In this document: piece after piece, positions 21,574 through 30,407 of the stretch
Layout of the letters: the number at the start of each line of letters is the position of its first letter
Position numbering within the stretch: position 1 is the stretch's first letter
DNA from: a virus
Taxonomy: Duplodnaviria > Caudoviricetes
Direction: 5' to 3' (one strand)
Virus record (IMG/VR): IMGVR_UViG_3300021964_006691
Span: 1 to 63,513 of that record
DNA: 63,513 nucleotides
Position numbers and translations under genes: made by a program
Notes under the pieces: model-generated
Database searches by the model: none
What the model saw: the letters and a program-made list of their open reading frames with translations, nothing else
Told to the model about the DNA's origin: nothing

Positions 21574-21678
21574 ATCGTTCAAAATTACCCTATAATCTAC
21601 ACTATTCAAACACCTATATATAAATACACTTTATATAATGACATAAGTTATTAATATATTAACCTCCATTACACAGAT

Positions 21679-21804
21679 ATGAAGAATTTAGTTTGTATAT
21701 GGTTAGTTTGCACCATCCAAGTAAACGACCAACTGTACGGCGCTCTAAGAAGTGTGAGGGAAATAACGACTTGGAGTATAGCAGGTGAGCCAAAAACAAA
21801 TTAG
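21679..21804 (+). CDS. Small hydrophobic protein (41 aa, not in ORF track)
   Basis: MKNLVCIWLVCTIQVNDQLYGALRSVREITTWSIAGEPKTN; downstream of late promoter 21619. Confidence 0.45.
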   Translation: MKNLVCIWLVCTIQVNDQLYGALRSVREITTWSIAGEPKTN

Positions 21805-21886
21805 AAAATTTCGTGAAAACATAGAACTATTTGCATTGATGACTATTTTTGTATCAAGCATTTTTGCTATTGCTCCGGTATCATAA
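21785..21886 (+). CDS. Small single-TM protein (33 aa)
   Basis: GTG start with GGAG upstream; MSQKQIRKFRENIELFALMTIFVSSIFAIAPVS. Confidence 0.5.
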   Translation: MSQKQIRKFRENIELFALMTIFVSSIFAIAPVS

Positions 21887-21904
21887 CGGAAAAAATAGAA
21901 CAGA

Positions 21905-22033
21905 ATGAGAACGATAGCACTAACGATTATAGATAAATCAGGCATATTTAAAAAGGTCCACCAAAAAGCAGAAGTACTTTGTTACGCCATGCTTTGGGGA
22001 AGTTGGATTTTATGCTTGTCAGTATTATTTTAA
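21905..22033 (+). CDS. Small single-TM protein (42 aa)
   Basis: MRTIALTIIDKSGIFKKVHQKAEVLCYAMLWGSWILCLSVLF. Confidence 0.45.
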   Translation: MRTIALTIIDKSGIFKKVHQKAEVLCYAMLWGSWILCLSVLF

Positions 22034-22081
22034 TCATATGAAAAAATTAAAAGAGATAATCTTTTTATACTGGATACTACC

Positions 22082-22270
22082 ATGGGCACCAATACCTTAC
22101 AAGTAAGAGAAGCAACACCTGACGAACAAGCAGAGTGGTTCGAAACAGACTACTTCATGAAAGGAGACTTTGATGTAATGAAACTGTTTGTGGTAATACC
22201 TGCAGTAATACAAATTGTTGTATTTGGTATGATGTTAGCCGTCATGTATTTAAATACATTTCTCTTTTGA
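22082..22270 (+). CDS. Small single-TM protein
   Basis: 62 aa, C-terminal hydrophobic helix. Confidence 0.6.
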   Translation: MGTNTLQVREATPDEQAEWFETDYFMKGDFDVMKLFVVIPAVIQIVVFGMMLAVMYLNTFLF

Positions 22271-22425
22271 TTAACGAAGCAATAAAGGCCGTCATTGGCG
22301 TGGGTAAAAATGGCGGTCAGTTTCAACCCTCCCCCATGCGAATTATCCTATTCGCATTTTTAGTAGCAGGTATATTTTTAGGTACAGTTGCATTGTTGCT
22401 TACATTTGCTAGTATTGTAACATAG
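22267..22425 (+). CDS. Small membrane protein, DUF2970-like
   Basis: TTG start overlapping upstream stop; AIKAVIGVGK...SPMRIILFAFLVAGIFLGTVALLL; family recalled from memory. Confidence 0.5.
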   Translation: MINEAIKAVIGVGKNGGQFQPSPMRIILFAFLVAGIFLGTVALLLTFASIVT

Positions 22426-22436
22426 TTGTAACATTA
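22415..22436 (+). promoter_or_regulatory. Pho-box-like tandem repeat
   Basis: TTGTAACATAG-TTGTAACATTA, 11-bp period, directly upstream of TATAAATA and a PiT-like gene. Confidence 0.6.
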
Positions 22437-22559
22437 GTGTTATAAATAAGTGTGTAAAGGCACCAATAGGTGTAAATTACATTTATAAAAAATTAAATGT
22501 AGAACTACTAGACACACCATTAGGTAATAAGTTTATAATGTTCTAATTGAGGAATTAGA

Positions 22560-23504
22560 ATGGATATAATGACCTTACTATGGACCTGTGTGGGATTTGG
22601 TTTCGCTTCTTATACAGTTATCGCTAACGATAGCATTCAAACATTAGGCACATGGATACAGTCAAACAAAGAAAAGTTTGATTGGAAAACATTATGGCTT
22701 GGAGCAAGTAGTGTTCTGCTATTTGCATTATGGTATGGCTGGACTGTTAATGGTGGAGACATCGCATACGGCAGACTGGACAGAATACCTTACTTGGAAC
22801 CACAATGGTACCATGCATTAGCACCAGGTGTATTACTTGTACTAACACGTTTTGGTGTACCAGTAAGTACATCGTTCTTGGTGTTAAGTGCATTTGCTAG
22901 TACGTTTGTATTAGAGAAGATGTTAATTAAATCGTTTGCTGGATATGGAGTTGCGGCAGTTAGTGCCTATGCCATATGGGCAGTCGTAACAAAGTGGATG
23001 TCTAATGTAAACTTAGGTGGTAGCGAAAGCAACTGGCGTATAGCACAATGGACAGTAACAGGTTGGTTGTGGTGGACATGGTTATCACATGACATGGCTA
23101 ACATGGCTGTATTCTTGCCACGTGAAGTAGATGCTTTAACATTAACAGGTATATCAGCATTGTTTATTGCTGGTATGGGTTGGATGTTTAAAGAGCAAGG
23201 TGGTAAAATACAAAACGTAGTTATTAGTAAAACAGATACTAATTATGTTAAAAGTGCTACACTGATTGACCTAGTGTACTTGGTTATACTTTGGTACTTT
23301 AAGCAGTATAACAATATTCCAATGTCAACAACATGGGTATTCATTGGATTGTTAAGTGGTAGAGAACTTGCCATTGCTACATTTAGTGGGGGAACGAAAA
23401 ACTTTAAAGAAGTATTCCCAATAGTAGCAGGTGACTTTGGTAAACTAATGATAGGTGTTGCGGCATCAATGGGCATTATAATAGGTATTCATACCTTAAC
23501 ATAG
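22560..23504 (+). CDS. Multi-TM membrane protein, PiT/PHO4-like phosphate transporter family
   Basis: IANDSIQTLGT, GVPVSTSF, SHDMAN, PMSTTW match the duplicated PiT signatures; GAGG RBS. Confidence 0.7.
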   Translation: MDIMTLLWTCVGFGFASYTVIANDSIQTLGTWIQSNKEKFDWKTLWLGASSVLLFALWYGWTVNGGDIAYGRLDRIPYLEPQWYHALAPGVLLVLTRFGVPVSTSFLVLSAFASTFVLEKMLIKSFAGYGVAAVSAYAIWAVVTKWMSNVNLGGSESNWRIAQWTVTGWLWWTWLSHDMANMAVFLPREVDALTLTGISALFIAGMGWMFKEQGGKIQNVVISKTDTNYVKSATLIDLVYLVILWYFKQYNNIPMSTTWVFIGLLSGRELAIATFSGGTKNFKEVFPIVAGDFGKLMIGVAASMGIIIGIHTLT

Positions 23505-23532
23505 TTGACAATCGTTATTAAATGTGTATAAT
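23505..23532 (+). promoter_or_regulatory. Sigma70-type early/middle promoter (representative; same architecture at 29506, 30345, 31273, 33755, 35243, 45258, 50712, 52722, 59154, 59425; 17-bp variant at 62034)
   Basis: TTGACA-N16-TATAAT. Confidence 0.8.
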
Positions 23533-23555
23533 AGCATTTTAAGATAAGTAGTGGT

Positions 23556-23891
23556 ATGAGTTTTGTAGTAGGTAGTCCCTGTGTCGGGTGTAAAGATACG
23601 AAATGCGTAGAGGTTTGTCCTGTAGATTGTTTCTACGAAGGACCTGACATGCTGGTAATTGATCCTGATGAATGTATCGACTGTGCTTTATGTGAACCAG
23701 AGTGTCCTGTAGAGGCAATCTGGAGTGACGATGAATTACCTGCAGAGCAAATACCCTTTATAGAAATAAATGCAAAGATGGCTGACATATGGCCTAACAT
23801 TGCAGAAACAAAAGAACCAATGGCACACGAAAGTCCATACAGTACAGAAGAAGCAATAGCAATAGGTGAGAAACATGTCGAAGAAAGTTAA
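23556..23891 (+). CDS. fdxA: 7Fe ferredoxin
   Basis: [18 protein letters not shown] and [12 protein letters not shown]. Confidence 0.93.
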   Translation: MSFVVGSPCVGCKDTKCVEVCPVDCFYEGPDMLVIDPDECIDCALCEPECPVEAIWSDDELPAEQIPFIEINAKMADIWPNIAETKEPMAHESPYSTEEAIAIGEKHVEES

Positions 23892-24024
23892 AAAGCCGTT
23901 AAGTAATACTACAAGGTCACACTTGCAGTTGTTTACTCACGATACTCCATTCGGGCATAAGGTACAAAAGGATAAAACTAAAATTATACCTCGTAAAGAG
24001 AAGTATAAGGATGAGAAAAAATAA
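23875..24024 (+). CDS. Small basic protein, ArfA-like (49 aa, not in ORF track)
   Basis: AGGTGAG RBS; [30 protein letters not shown]. Confidence 0.5.
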   Translation: MSKKVKKPLSNTTRSHLQLFTHDTPFGHKVQKDKTKIIPRKEKYKDEKK

Positions 24025-24194
24025 TGGACGGAGTATTACTGGCGGCAGGTATGATAGCAAGTTTGATTGCTATTGTACATTTATTAATCAACGAAGGTGG
24101 TGGCACAAAAGGTATTGAAGAAGAGCCTTACTATGGTCGCAAGACTGGACAAATACACACAGCCAAGAAGGAAAGGGTAGATTATATAGTCTAA
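24024..24194 (+). CDS. Small membrane-anchored protein (56 aa)
   Basis: TAATG overlap; N-terminal TM helix. Confidence 0.55.
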   Translation: MDGVLLAAGMIASLIAIVHLLINEGGGTKGIEEEPYYGRKTGQIHTAKKERVDYIV

Positions 24195-24239
24195 CTGATA
24201 AATACTACTATAATAATTTTATTATTAAAGGAGTAACAA

Positions 24240-25046
24240 ATGTCAGTAAAAGATATGTCGTATCGCGATCGCGGTTTATTGTTGAGTATGTATGCTCATC
24301 AATGTTATCAATCACCAGAAGAATTATTACAAGCAAGACCTGGAATAAAAGATTTAAGCCCTCTTAAAAAATTCTTAAATAAACCACTTCCACCTACATT
24401 TATAGATGTTGATGGAGCTCAGGCTTATGTAATGAGTGACAAAGACGATGTACTTATTGCATGTAGAGGAACAGAGCCCACACAAATAAATGATATACTA
24501 GCAGACTTAAAGATGTTTCCAGTAAAGCATCACATAGCAGGTAGAGTCCACAGAGGTTTTTATGCAGAGTATGAAAAAGTTATCCCTGGTATTAAAGAAG
24601 CACTAGCCAAACACAATAAGAAAGGCGATAAGACTATGTGGGTAACAGGACATAGTTTAGGTGGAGCAATGGCAGTATTAGTTGCGGCTGAACTACAACC
24701 AAACGGTGGATTACATACATTTGGACAACCTAGAGTAGGTACAAAAGCATTTTTACCAGCATTAAGTGGTATTAAGTATTATAGGTACAGAAATAATAAC
24801 GATGCCGTTACAGCAGTACCACCCTCTTTCCTATTATTTAGACATGGTGGTGTATTAAGATATATTAATACTTATGGTAATATTAGACCTGCAACTTGGT
24901 TCCAACGTTTTAAAGATAAATGTAGAGGATATTGGCAAGCATTGAAATCATTTAATCTTATTGACGGCTTTGCTGATCACAGTATGGGATTATATCATGA
25001 GTACCTATATAACATGGACGACAATGGCGACCAATTACCAAAATAA
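24240..25046 (+). CDS. Class 3 lipase
   Basis: IACRGTE, VHRGF, VTGHSLGGA, TFGQPRVG, NNNDAV, DHSM. Confidence 0.92.
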   Translation: MSVKDMSYRDRGLLLSMYAHQCYQSPEELLQARPGIKDLSPLKKFLNKPLPPTFIDVDGAQAYVMSDKDDVLIACRGTEPTQINDILADLKMFPVKHHIAGRVHRGFYAEYEKVIPGIKEALAKHNKKGDKTMWVTGHSLGGAMAVLVAAELQPNGGLHTFGQPRVGTKAFLPALSGIKYYRYRNNNDAVTAVPPSFLLFRHGGVLRYINTYGNIRPATWFQRFKDKCRGYWQALKSFNLIDGFADHSMGLYHEYLYNMDDNGDQLPK

Positions 25047-25055
25047 GGAAACAAT

Positions 25056-25313
25056 ATGAACTGGTTAATAATTTTATCTCTAAAGGCTATACTATCAAGT
25101 ATAATTGGTAGTAGTTTTTATCAGTGGTTTAAAAATACTAAAATGGGCGTATGGTTCCAAGTAAAAATGGATAACACAATGGAGTGGGTAGCAAACAGAT
25201 ATGATATAGAAATTGCTAGTCGTGAAGAAAAGTGGCTTAAACAATATCCATTACTTGGACAACGAATTGTAGACTTAGAAAAAGAAGTAGCCAAACTAAA
25301 GAAAAATAAATAG
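25056..25313 (+). CDS. Hypothetical protein
   Basis: 85 aa; AGGA RBS. Confidence 0.65.
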   Translation: MNWLIILSLKAILSSIIGSSFYQWFKNTKMGVWFQVKMDNTMEWVANRYDIEIASREEKWLKQYPLLGQRIVDLEKEVAKLKKNK

Positions 25314-25317
25314 ATGT

Positions 25318-25821
25318 ATGATACAATCCATACATGATAGATGTACTGCTATTCTCACATCTAAAAAACCACCTGTAACAAAACTTACAGAAGTTCATGA
25401 TATAATTAATGATTCATTTACGGAAAAGAATAGAGATGTCGTAAATTTACTCACTGAGTTAGCAAACCAAATAAGAATTTTAATAAGACAATCTGCATGG
25501 CAAGGATCAGAACCTATTTCATTTAAAAAAGCGGTTAATGGTTTTTTAGAATTAAACGACAATGAGTGGCAAGAATTAGAAGAGGTTATAGATCATAATA
25601 GAGATTATTCATGGAATTATCTCAATTTATTAGAGTTCAACTACAAGTATAATCGCAAACCAAATTTAGAATTTTTTCTATCACCCCAACATTATAGATT
25701 GCTTGGAATAGTTAAAGCAACTGGAGACATTCAATTATCGAAAACTCTATATAAAAAGCCTGATCAGATTCCTAAGTTCATTTTACCTACATTAAAAACT
25801 ATAAGCAAAAGTTTGATATAA
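25318..25821 (+). CDS. Hypothetical protein
   Basis: 167-aa ORF. Confidence 0.6.
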   Translation: MIQSIHDRCTAILTSKKPPVTKLTEVHDIINDSFTEKNRDVVNLLTELANQIRILIRQSAWQGSEPISFKKAVNGFLELNDNEWQELEEVIDHNRDYSWNYLNLLEFNYKYNRKPNLEFFLSPQHYRLLGIVKATGDIQLSKTLYKKPDQIPKFILPTLKTISKSLI

Positions 25822-25890
25822 ACATAGTTATAACACTAATCTATATATCTGATAAATATATGCATATAAAAAATTTATAGGGTAACATAG

Positions 25891-26061
25891 ATGTCGAACA
25901 AAACTCCGTATGAGATACGTTTAGATTTGGTCAGAGAAGCAAAAGAAATATTACAGGCTAAAGCAAAAAATCCTGAAGAAATGCCTACGACAGAAGAAGT
26001 GTTATTGGAGGCAGAACGGCTTAACGAGTTTGTTTCTAAAAAACCCTTTAGTGATAGATAA
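25891..26061 (+). CDS. Small T4-like phage protein (56 aa, not in ORF track)
   Basis: MSNKTPYEIRLDLVREAKEIL...PTTEEVLLEAERLNEFVSK; own late promoter 25851 and terminator. Confidence 0.7.
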   Translation: MSNKTPYEIRLDLVREAKEILQAKAKNPEEMPTTEEVLLEAERLNEFVSKKPFSDR

Positions 26062-26077
26062 AAAATAAAAAATTAAC

Positions 26078-26110
26078 AAAAAAAGGGCGGTCTAAGATCG
26101 CCCTTTTTCT
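26078..26110 (+). terminator. Intrinsic terminator (likely bidirectional)
   Basis: A-tract, GGGCGGTC-TAA-GATCGCCC stem-loop, T-tract. Confidence 0.85.
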
Positions 26111-26155
26111 TGACTTTTAAAAAAACTAATCAATAAATAGTTGCTGTAATAAAAG

Positions 26156-26231
26156 GCTGGTATAGCTCAGTAGGTAGAGCAACTGATTTGTAATCAGTAG
26201 GTCGTCAGTTCGAACCCGACTACCAGCACCA
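26156..26231 (+). tRNA. tRNA-Thr(UGU)
   Basis: Cloverleaf; anticodon arm ACTGA-TTTGTAA-TCAGT; GTTCGAA T-loop; encoded CCA. Confidence 0.95.
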
Positions 26232-26268
26232 TTACTTAATAAAAGTGCAATAGCACAGGAAGGACATT

Positions 26269-26457
26269 ATGCCAAAGGCAAAGACAACAAAAGCAAAGGC
26301 TCCAGCAAAAAAAAGAGCAACTAAAGTAACACCAAATCCCTGGAGTGGAGAAGTTATTGCGGCAAACATTCAAAAGAATGCAGAGCAAATTAGCAAAAAT
26401 ATTAGTGCAAATGCTGAAAGAATTAGTGCTAATATAAAAGCATACATGCATAGATAA
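26269..26457 (+). CDS. Small basic Lys/Ala-rich protein
   Basis: AGGA RBS; PKAKTTKAKAPAKK, repeated NA..IS.NI. Confidence 0.6.
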   Translation: MPKAKTTKAKAPAKKRATKVTPNPWSGEVIAANIQKNAEQISKNISANAERISANIKAYMHR

Positions 26458-26463
26458 TAATTT

Positions 26464-26539
26464 GGGGCGGTAGCTCAGTTGGGAGAGCGCCTGGTTTGCA
26501 ACCAGGAGGTCGGAGGTTCGATCCCTCTTCGCTCCACCA
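26464..26539 (+). tRNA. tRNA-Ala(UGC)
   Basis: GGGGCG...; anticodon arm CCTGG-TTTGCAA-CCAGG; GTTCGAT; ends CTCCACCA. Confidence 0.95.
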
Positions 26540-26553
26540 TTTAAGGAAGATGG

Positions 26554-27690
26554 ATGGAATTAAACAAGTTAAATTATGAATGGGATAATCAATTAATTGA
26601 TCATGACCATGAAAAATATAATTGGCGTCAGTATTTTATAGATGCTGTACAAGAGAAATACCCACAAGTAACTGAACTTGAAAAATTACATGAGGTAATG
26701 GACCCAAATGAGATTAACGATTTTGTTTGGGACGTCCAACGCATCTGTAAGACAGAAGAGTTTGCTAGAAAGTTAGATGATTTTGTAGAAGATATTGCGA
26801 GACCTCGTCTAGGCGGATCAGACTTTATGGTTCAAGACGTAGTAGGCGTAAGGGTAGTTATACCCAACCAAGCAAAACACGGTAGAACATTAAACTTCCA
26901 TCAGGGTATATGGTTTGGGCATGGTCCAGGTATGTTTAGTATCTGGAGTCCAATTACGGAGGCATGGGATTCTAATACTATGCAGATACTCCCTTGGCAA
27001 CAAAGCAGAATGATAACACAAAAAACTTATGATGAGCATTTAAGTTATCAGGAAATACAAAAACTATGTTTAGAGCATAGTATTCCATGTACGGCATCTC
27101 CAGGCCAAAGTTGGTTATTCCAACAAGGACATCTACATGGTAATATAAACAACGAAACAGACATTACTCGTTGGAGTTTTGATACCAGAGTGTTGGTTAA
27201 AGGCGGTAATTACGGCAGGCGTAGACCCGGCGGATACTTTAGATTACATGGAGAATATAGACAGCCATTAGACAATATTGAAACTAATAAAACCTGGATT
27301 AATTATATAGATATGAATAGTAGATTCTGTGAAACTACTCCGTTCTTTGTTACCAGTATGGTTATGCAACAATTTTGTAAAGACGTTGGTATTGTACCAG
27401 CAGATTACCCATTAGAACTAAGTTTTTGTCATTGGGAGCCAATGTTAGAAGACTTTATTAAAGATCCAAATATTCATGGCATACTTTTTCCTAGTATATT
27501 AGGAATCACATACGATAAAAAGAGAAGAGATGAGCTAATTGATCTAGCATTAGCAAATAATACCGATCTTTTATTTGTTGATGAAAGGATATTGTTAAAT
27601 AACGACAAGGAAAGAAAGTATTTAGATAAAATATTTGAATACATTAATGACGAAGAAGATCCAGACTTATTACTAGGACACACAAGATAA
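26554..27690 (+). CDS. 2OG-Fe(II) oxygenase (StrG / sporadic-carbohydrate-cluster type) with fused C-terminal domain
   Basis: LNFHQG, SIWSPIT, HLHGNINNETDITRWSFDTR jelly-roll motifs. Confidence 0.65.
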   Translation: MELNKLNYEWDNQLIDHDHEKYNWRQYFIDAVQEKYPQVTELEKLHEVMDPNEINDFVWDVQRICKTEEFARKLDDFVEDIARPRLGGSDFMVQDVVGVRVVIPNQAKHGRTLNFHQGIWFGHGPGMFSIWSPITEAWDSNTMQILPWQQSRMITQKTYDEHLSYQEIQKLCLEHSIPCTASPGQSWLFQQGHLHGNINNETDITRWSFDTRVLVKGGNYGRRRPGGYFRLHGEYRQPLDNIETNKTWINYIDMNSRFCETTPFFVTSMVMQQFCKDVGIVPADYPLELSFCHWEPMLEDFIKDPNIHGILFPSILGITYDKKRRDELIDLALANNTDLLFVDERILLNNDKERKYLDKIFEYINDEEDPDLLLGHTR

Positions 27691-27692
27691 AA

Positions 27693-28640
27693 ATGGCAAA
27701 GAAAAAAACAAATAAAAGAACAGAAGCAGTTGATAAAGCACAACAGCAAAATAATAATGATGTAATGTTTAACTTGTTAGACTCAAAGATAGAAATACCT
27801 TTAGGTTTACTAAGACAAAAACATATCTTTATTGCTACTCCTTGTTATGGTGGACAAATTGGTGAACCCTACTTTAGGAGTATGATGCGACTTGCTATAT
27901 TATGTAATAAGTATAATATTCAGTACACAGTAAGCACACTTGCAAATGAAAGTTTAGTTACCAGAGGCAGAAATACACTCGTAAGTTTCTTTATGGAAAA
28001 TCCACAAGCAACACATTTGTTTTTCATAGATGCTGATATTGAATTTAATCCAGAAGATATATTGAGAATGGTAGCATATGACAAACCAGTTGTGGTTGGT
28101 GCTTATCCTAAAAAAGCTCTTAACTGGACTAGTATTATTGGAGCCGCAAGAGCTAACGAAGAAGAAACAGAGGAAACTATTGAAGGTCATAGTTCAAACT
28201 ATGTTGTAAATTTTGACTTCTTAAAGGACAAAGACGGTAACCATACTCCACAGGTTCAGATTGAAGACAATTTAGTTAAACTAAAAGACGCAGGTACAGG
28301 GTTCATGTGTATCGAAAAATCAGTTATACAAAAACTTTTTGATAAACACCCTGAAATGAAGTATGTTAATGATATTAATGTAGACCAAAAGTTTGAACCA
28401 TTTATGTATGCATTATTTGACACAATGATTGACCCAGATAGCAGACGTTACTTATCAGAGGATTATACATTCTGCAGACTTTGGCAAAACATGGGAGGAA
28501 CTATTTACTTAGATCCACGTACTGCCCTTAATCATGTAGGACATTATACATTTAGAGGAAACATAAGAAAGTTATTTACAGGCGAAAACAATTACAGCAG
28601 AAAACAAGAGGTAACATCAAATGGCAAAACAACAACCTAA
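27693..28640 (+). CDS. GT-A fold glycosyltransferase-like protein
   Basis: IFIATPCYGG, FFIDADI (DxD), AGTGFM, YLSEDYTFC, HVG. Confidence 0.8.
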   Translation: MAKKKTNKRTEAVDKAQQQNNNDVMFNLLDSKIEIPLGLLRQKHIFIATPCYGGQIGEPYFRSMMRLAILCNKYNIQYTVSTLANESLVTRGRNTLVSFFMENPQATHLFFIDADIEFNPEDILRMVAYDKPVVVGAYPKKALNWTSIIGAARANEEETEETIEGHSSNYVVNFDFLKDKDGNHTPQVQIEDNLVKLKDAGTGFMCIEKSVIQKLFDKHPEMKYVNDINVDQKFEPFMYALFDTMIDPDSRRYLSEDYTFCRLWQNMGGTIYLDPRTALNHVGHYTFRGNIRKLFTGENNYSRKQEVTSNGKTTT

Positions 28641-29502
28641 GAAGCAGGTAAGCAATACAGTTATCTCAGTATTATTGCCCACAAGAGGTAGACGTGACGT
28701 TTTAAAAACTAGTGTAATGACATTAGTAGAAAAATGTAACCAAACAGATAAGTTAGAAATACTTTTTGGTATAGATGAGGACGATGAAGGTATAGGCGAA
28801 TATATCAAAGAAGAATTAGCACCTTTTTTTAATGAACACAAAGTTGAAGCCAGAGCAAGTGTATTTAAACCATTAGGATACGAAAATTTACATATATACG
28901 TCAATACACTAGCAGGTGCGGCCACTGGAGAATGGTTATTCTTTTGGAATGATGATTGTTTGATGATATCAGAAGGCTGGGACGACGTAATAAGAAGTTA
29001 TGATGGACAGTTTAAACTGTTAGGGCCTAAAGATAACCATGAAGGACATCCTTATGCTATATTACCTATAGTGCCTAAAGACTGGTTTATACTTATGGGA
29101 CATCTAAGTCAAAACGCACAGAACGATGCTTGGTTAAGTCATATTGCATATATGTTAGATATCTTTGAAAGAGTAGACTTTGAGTTTATTCATGACAGAG
29201 CAGATATTACAGGCAATAATGATGACGAAACTTTCCAGAACAGAAAGTACATGGAAGGCAATCCCTCTGATCCAAAAGACTTTGGACATACAGATATGCA
29301 AAATGCTCGTGTAAATTCTGCACATAAAATAGCATGGTTCATGGACAAAATGGGTAATCATAATGATTTTTGGGATAAAGTGGTTGCTGGAGAACAAGAC
29401 CCATTTGAAAAAATGAAATGGGCTGACGGTGTTAAAGGTGCAGGACAACTAAATGCTGTAGATGAAGAAGAATTACCTGACGACACTATTATTTCCCTAT
29501 AA
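28621..29502 (+). CDS. Glycosyltransferase family 2-like
   Basis: ISVLLPTRGR, GIDEDD, FWNDD. Confidence 0.75.
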   Translation: MAKQQPKKQVSNTVISVLLPTRGRRDVLKTSVMTLVEKCNQTDKLEILFGIDEDDEGIGEYIKEELAPFFNEHKVEARASVFKPLGYENLHIYVNTLAGAATGEWLFFWNDDCLMISEGWDDVIRSYDGQFKLLGPKDNHEGHPYAILPIVPKDWFILMGHLSQNAQNDAWLSHIAYMLDIFERVDFEFIHDRADITGNNDDETFQNRKYMEGNPSDPKDFGHTDMQNARVNSAHKIAWFMDKMGNHNDFWDKVVAGEQDPFEKMKWADGVKGAGQLNAVDEEELPDDTIISL

Positions 29503-29556
29503 TACTTGACATAAGTACATAATTTGCTATAATATACTTCAAACTGGAGTAATATT

Positions 29557-30096
29557 ATGGCCACACATGCAATGATAGATATAGAAACACTAGGCACTGA
29601 GCCTGGAAGTGTAGTATTAAGTGTGGGTGCTGTAAAGTTCAATCCTTTTAATAATATAGAGCCTAACAACGGTAAACACTGGATGTTAGATGTAGACGCT
29701 CAAACAGAAAAAGGCAGAATAGTGGATGAGAGTACACTAGCCTGGTGGGGTAAACAAGAACAAAGTATTCAGGACAGGGCATTTTCAGATGTTGGCAGAA
29801 CAGATGTTGATGTATTTATGAAAGATCTTAATGGTTGGCTTACTGGATGTGAAGCAATATGGTGCCAAGGTCCTCAGTTTGATATGGTAATTTTAGAAGA
29901 CCTATTTAAGAATTTTGACCATCATATGAATTGGTTTTACTGGCAAGTAATGGATTGCAGAACATTATTTAAAATGATGCCTGCAGATCCCAGAAAAGCA
30001 GTACAAGAAAATTTACATGATGCTCAGGCTGACGCACACTGGCAAGCAGTATGCGTTCAGCAATTTTATCGTGATTTTAATATATTACCTAGGTAA
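29557..30096 (+). CDS. DEDD 3'-5' exonuclease (DexA-like)
   Basis: MIDIETLG, GPQFD, DCRT, HDAQADA. Confidence 0.88.
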   Translation: MATHAMIDIETLGTEPGSVVLSVGAVKFNPFNNIEPNNGKHWMLDVDAQTEKGRIVDESTLAWWGKQEQSIQDRAFSDVGRTDVDVFMKDLNGWLTGCEAIWCQGPQFDMVILEDLFKNFDHHMNWFYWQVMDCRTLFKMMPADPRKAVQENLHDAQADAHWQAVCVQQFYRDFNILPR

Positions 30097-30211
30097 TCAT
30101 ATTTGCGACATTTGTAATTCTGCCTGATTTCATTAAATTATGAAATTTTTTAAAGTAAACCGATGCTAAACGATGAGTTTGACCGGCTACTATTCCTAAG
30201 GACTTCGCCAT
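30089..30211 (-). CDS. Small basic protein (40 aa, not in ORF track)
   Basis: AGGAG RBS; MAKSLGIVAGQTHRLASVYFKKFHNLMKSGRITNVANMIT. Confidence 0.6.
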   Translation of the reverse strand: MAKSLGIVAGQTHRLASVYFKKFHNLMKSGRITNVANMIT

Positions 30212-30274
30212 TTTTTTCTCCTATATGTGCATAACAAATTGCAAATGTTGAATAACTTTATCACTAGTGTGAAC

Positions 30275-30314
30275 TGTTACATTAATACAACATTTATGTT
30301 ACAATCATGTTACA
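30275..30314 (-). promoter_or_regulatory. Pho-box-like phased repeats
   Basis: TGTTACA (minus strand TGTAACA) at 30275, 30297, 30308, all in 11-bp phase. Confidence 0.55.
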
Positions 30315-30407
30315 AAACTATTTATCTTTTTACCCAAAAAAGGCTTGACATATCTGAGTTTGGTGTTATACTATATGTATAGTTTAAATAATTAGGTAGG
30401 AGTAAAT

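Noticed and set aside
22459-22527. Short repeat CACCA(A/T)TAGGT in the leader of the PiT-like gene
   Set aside because: Only two short copies; too little evidence to call an operator or riboswitch
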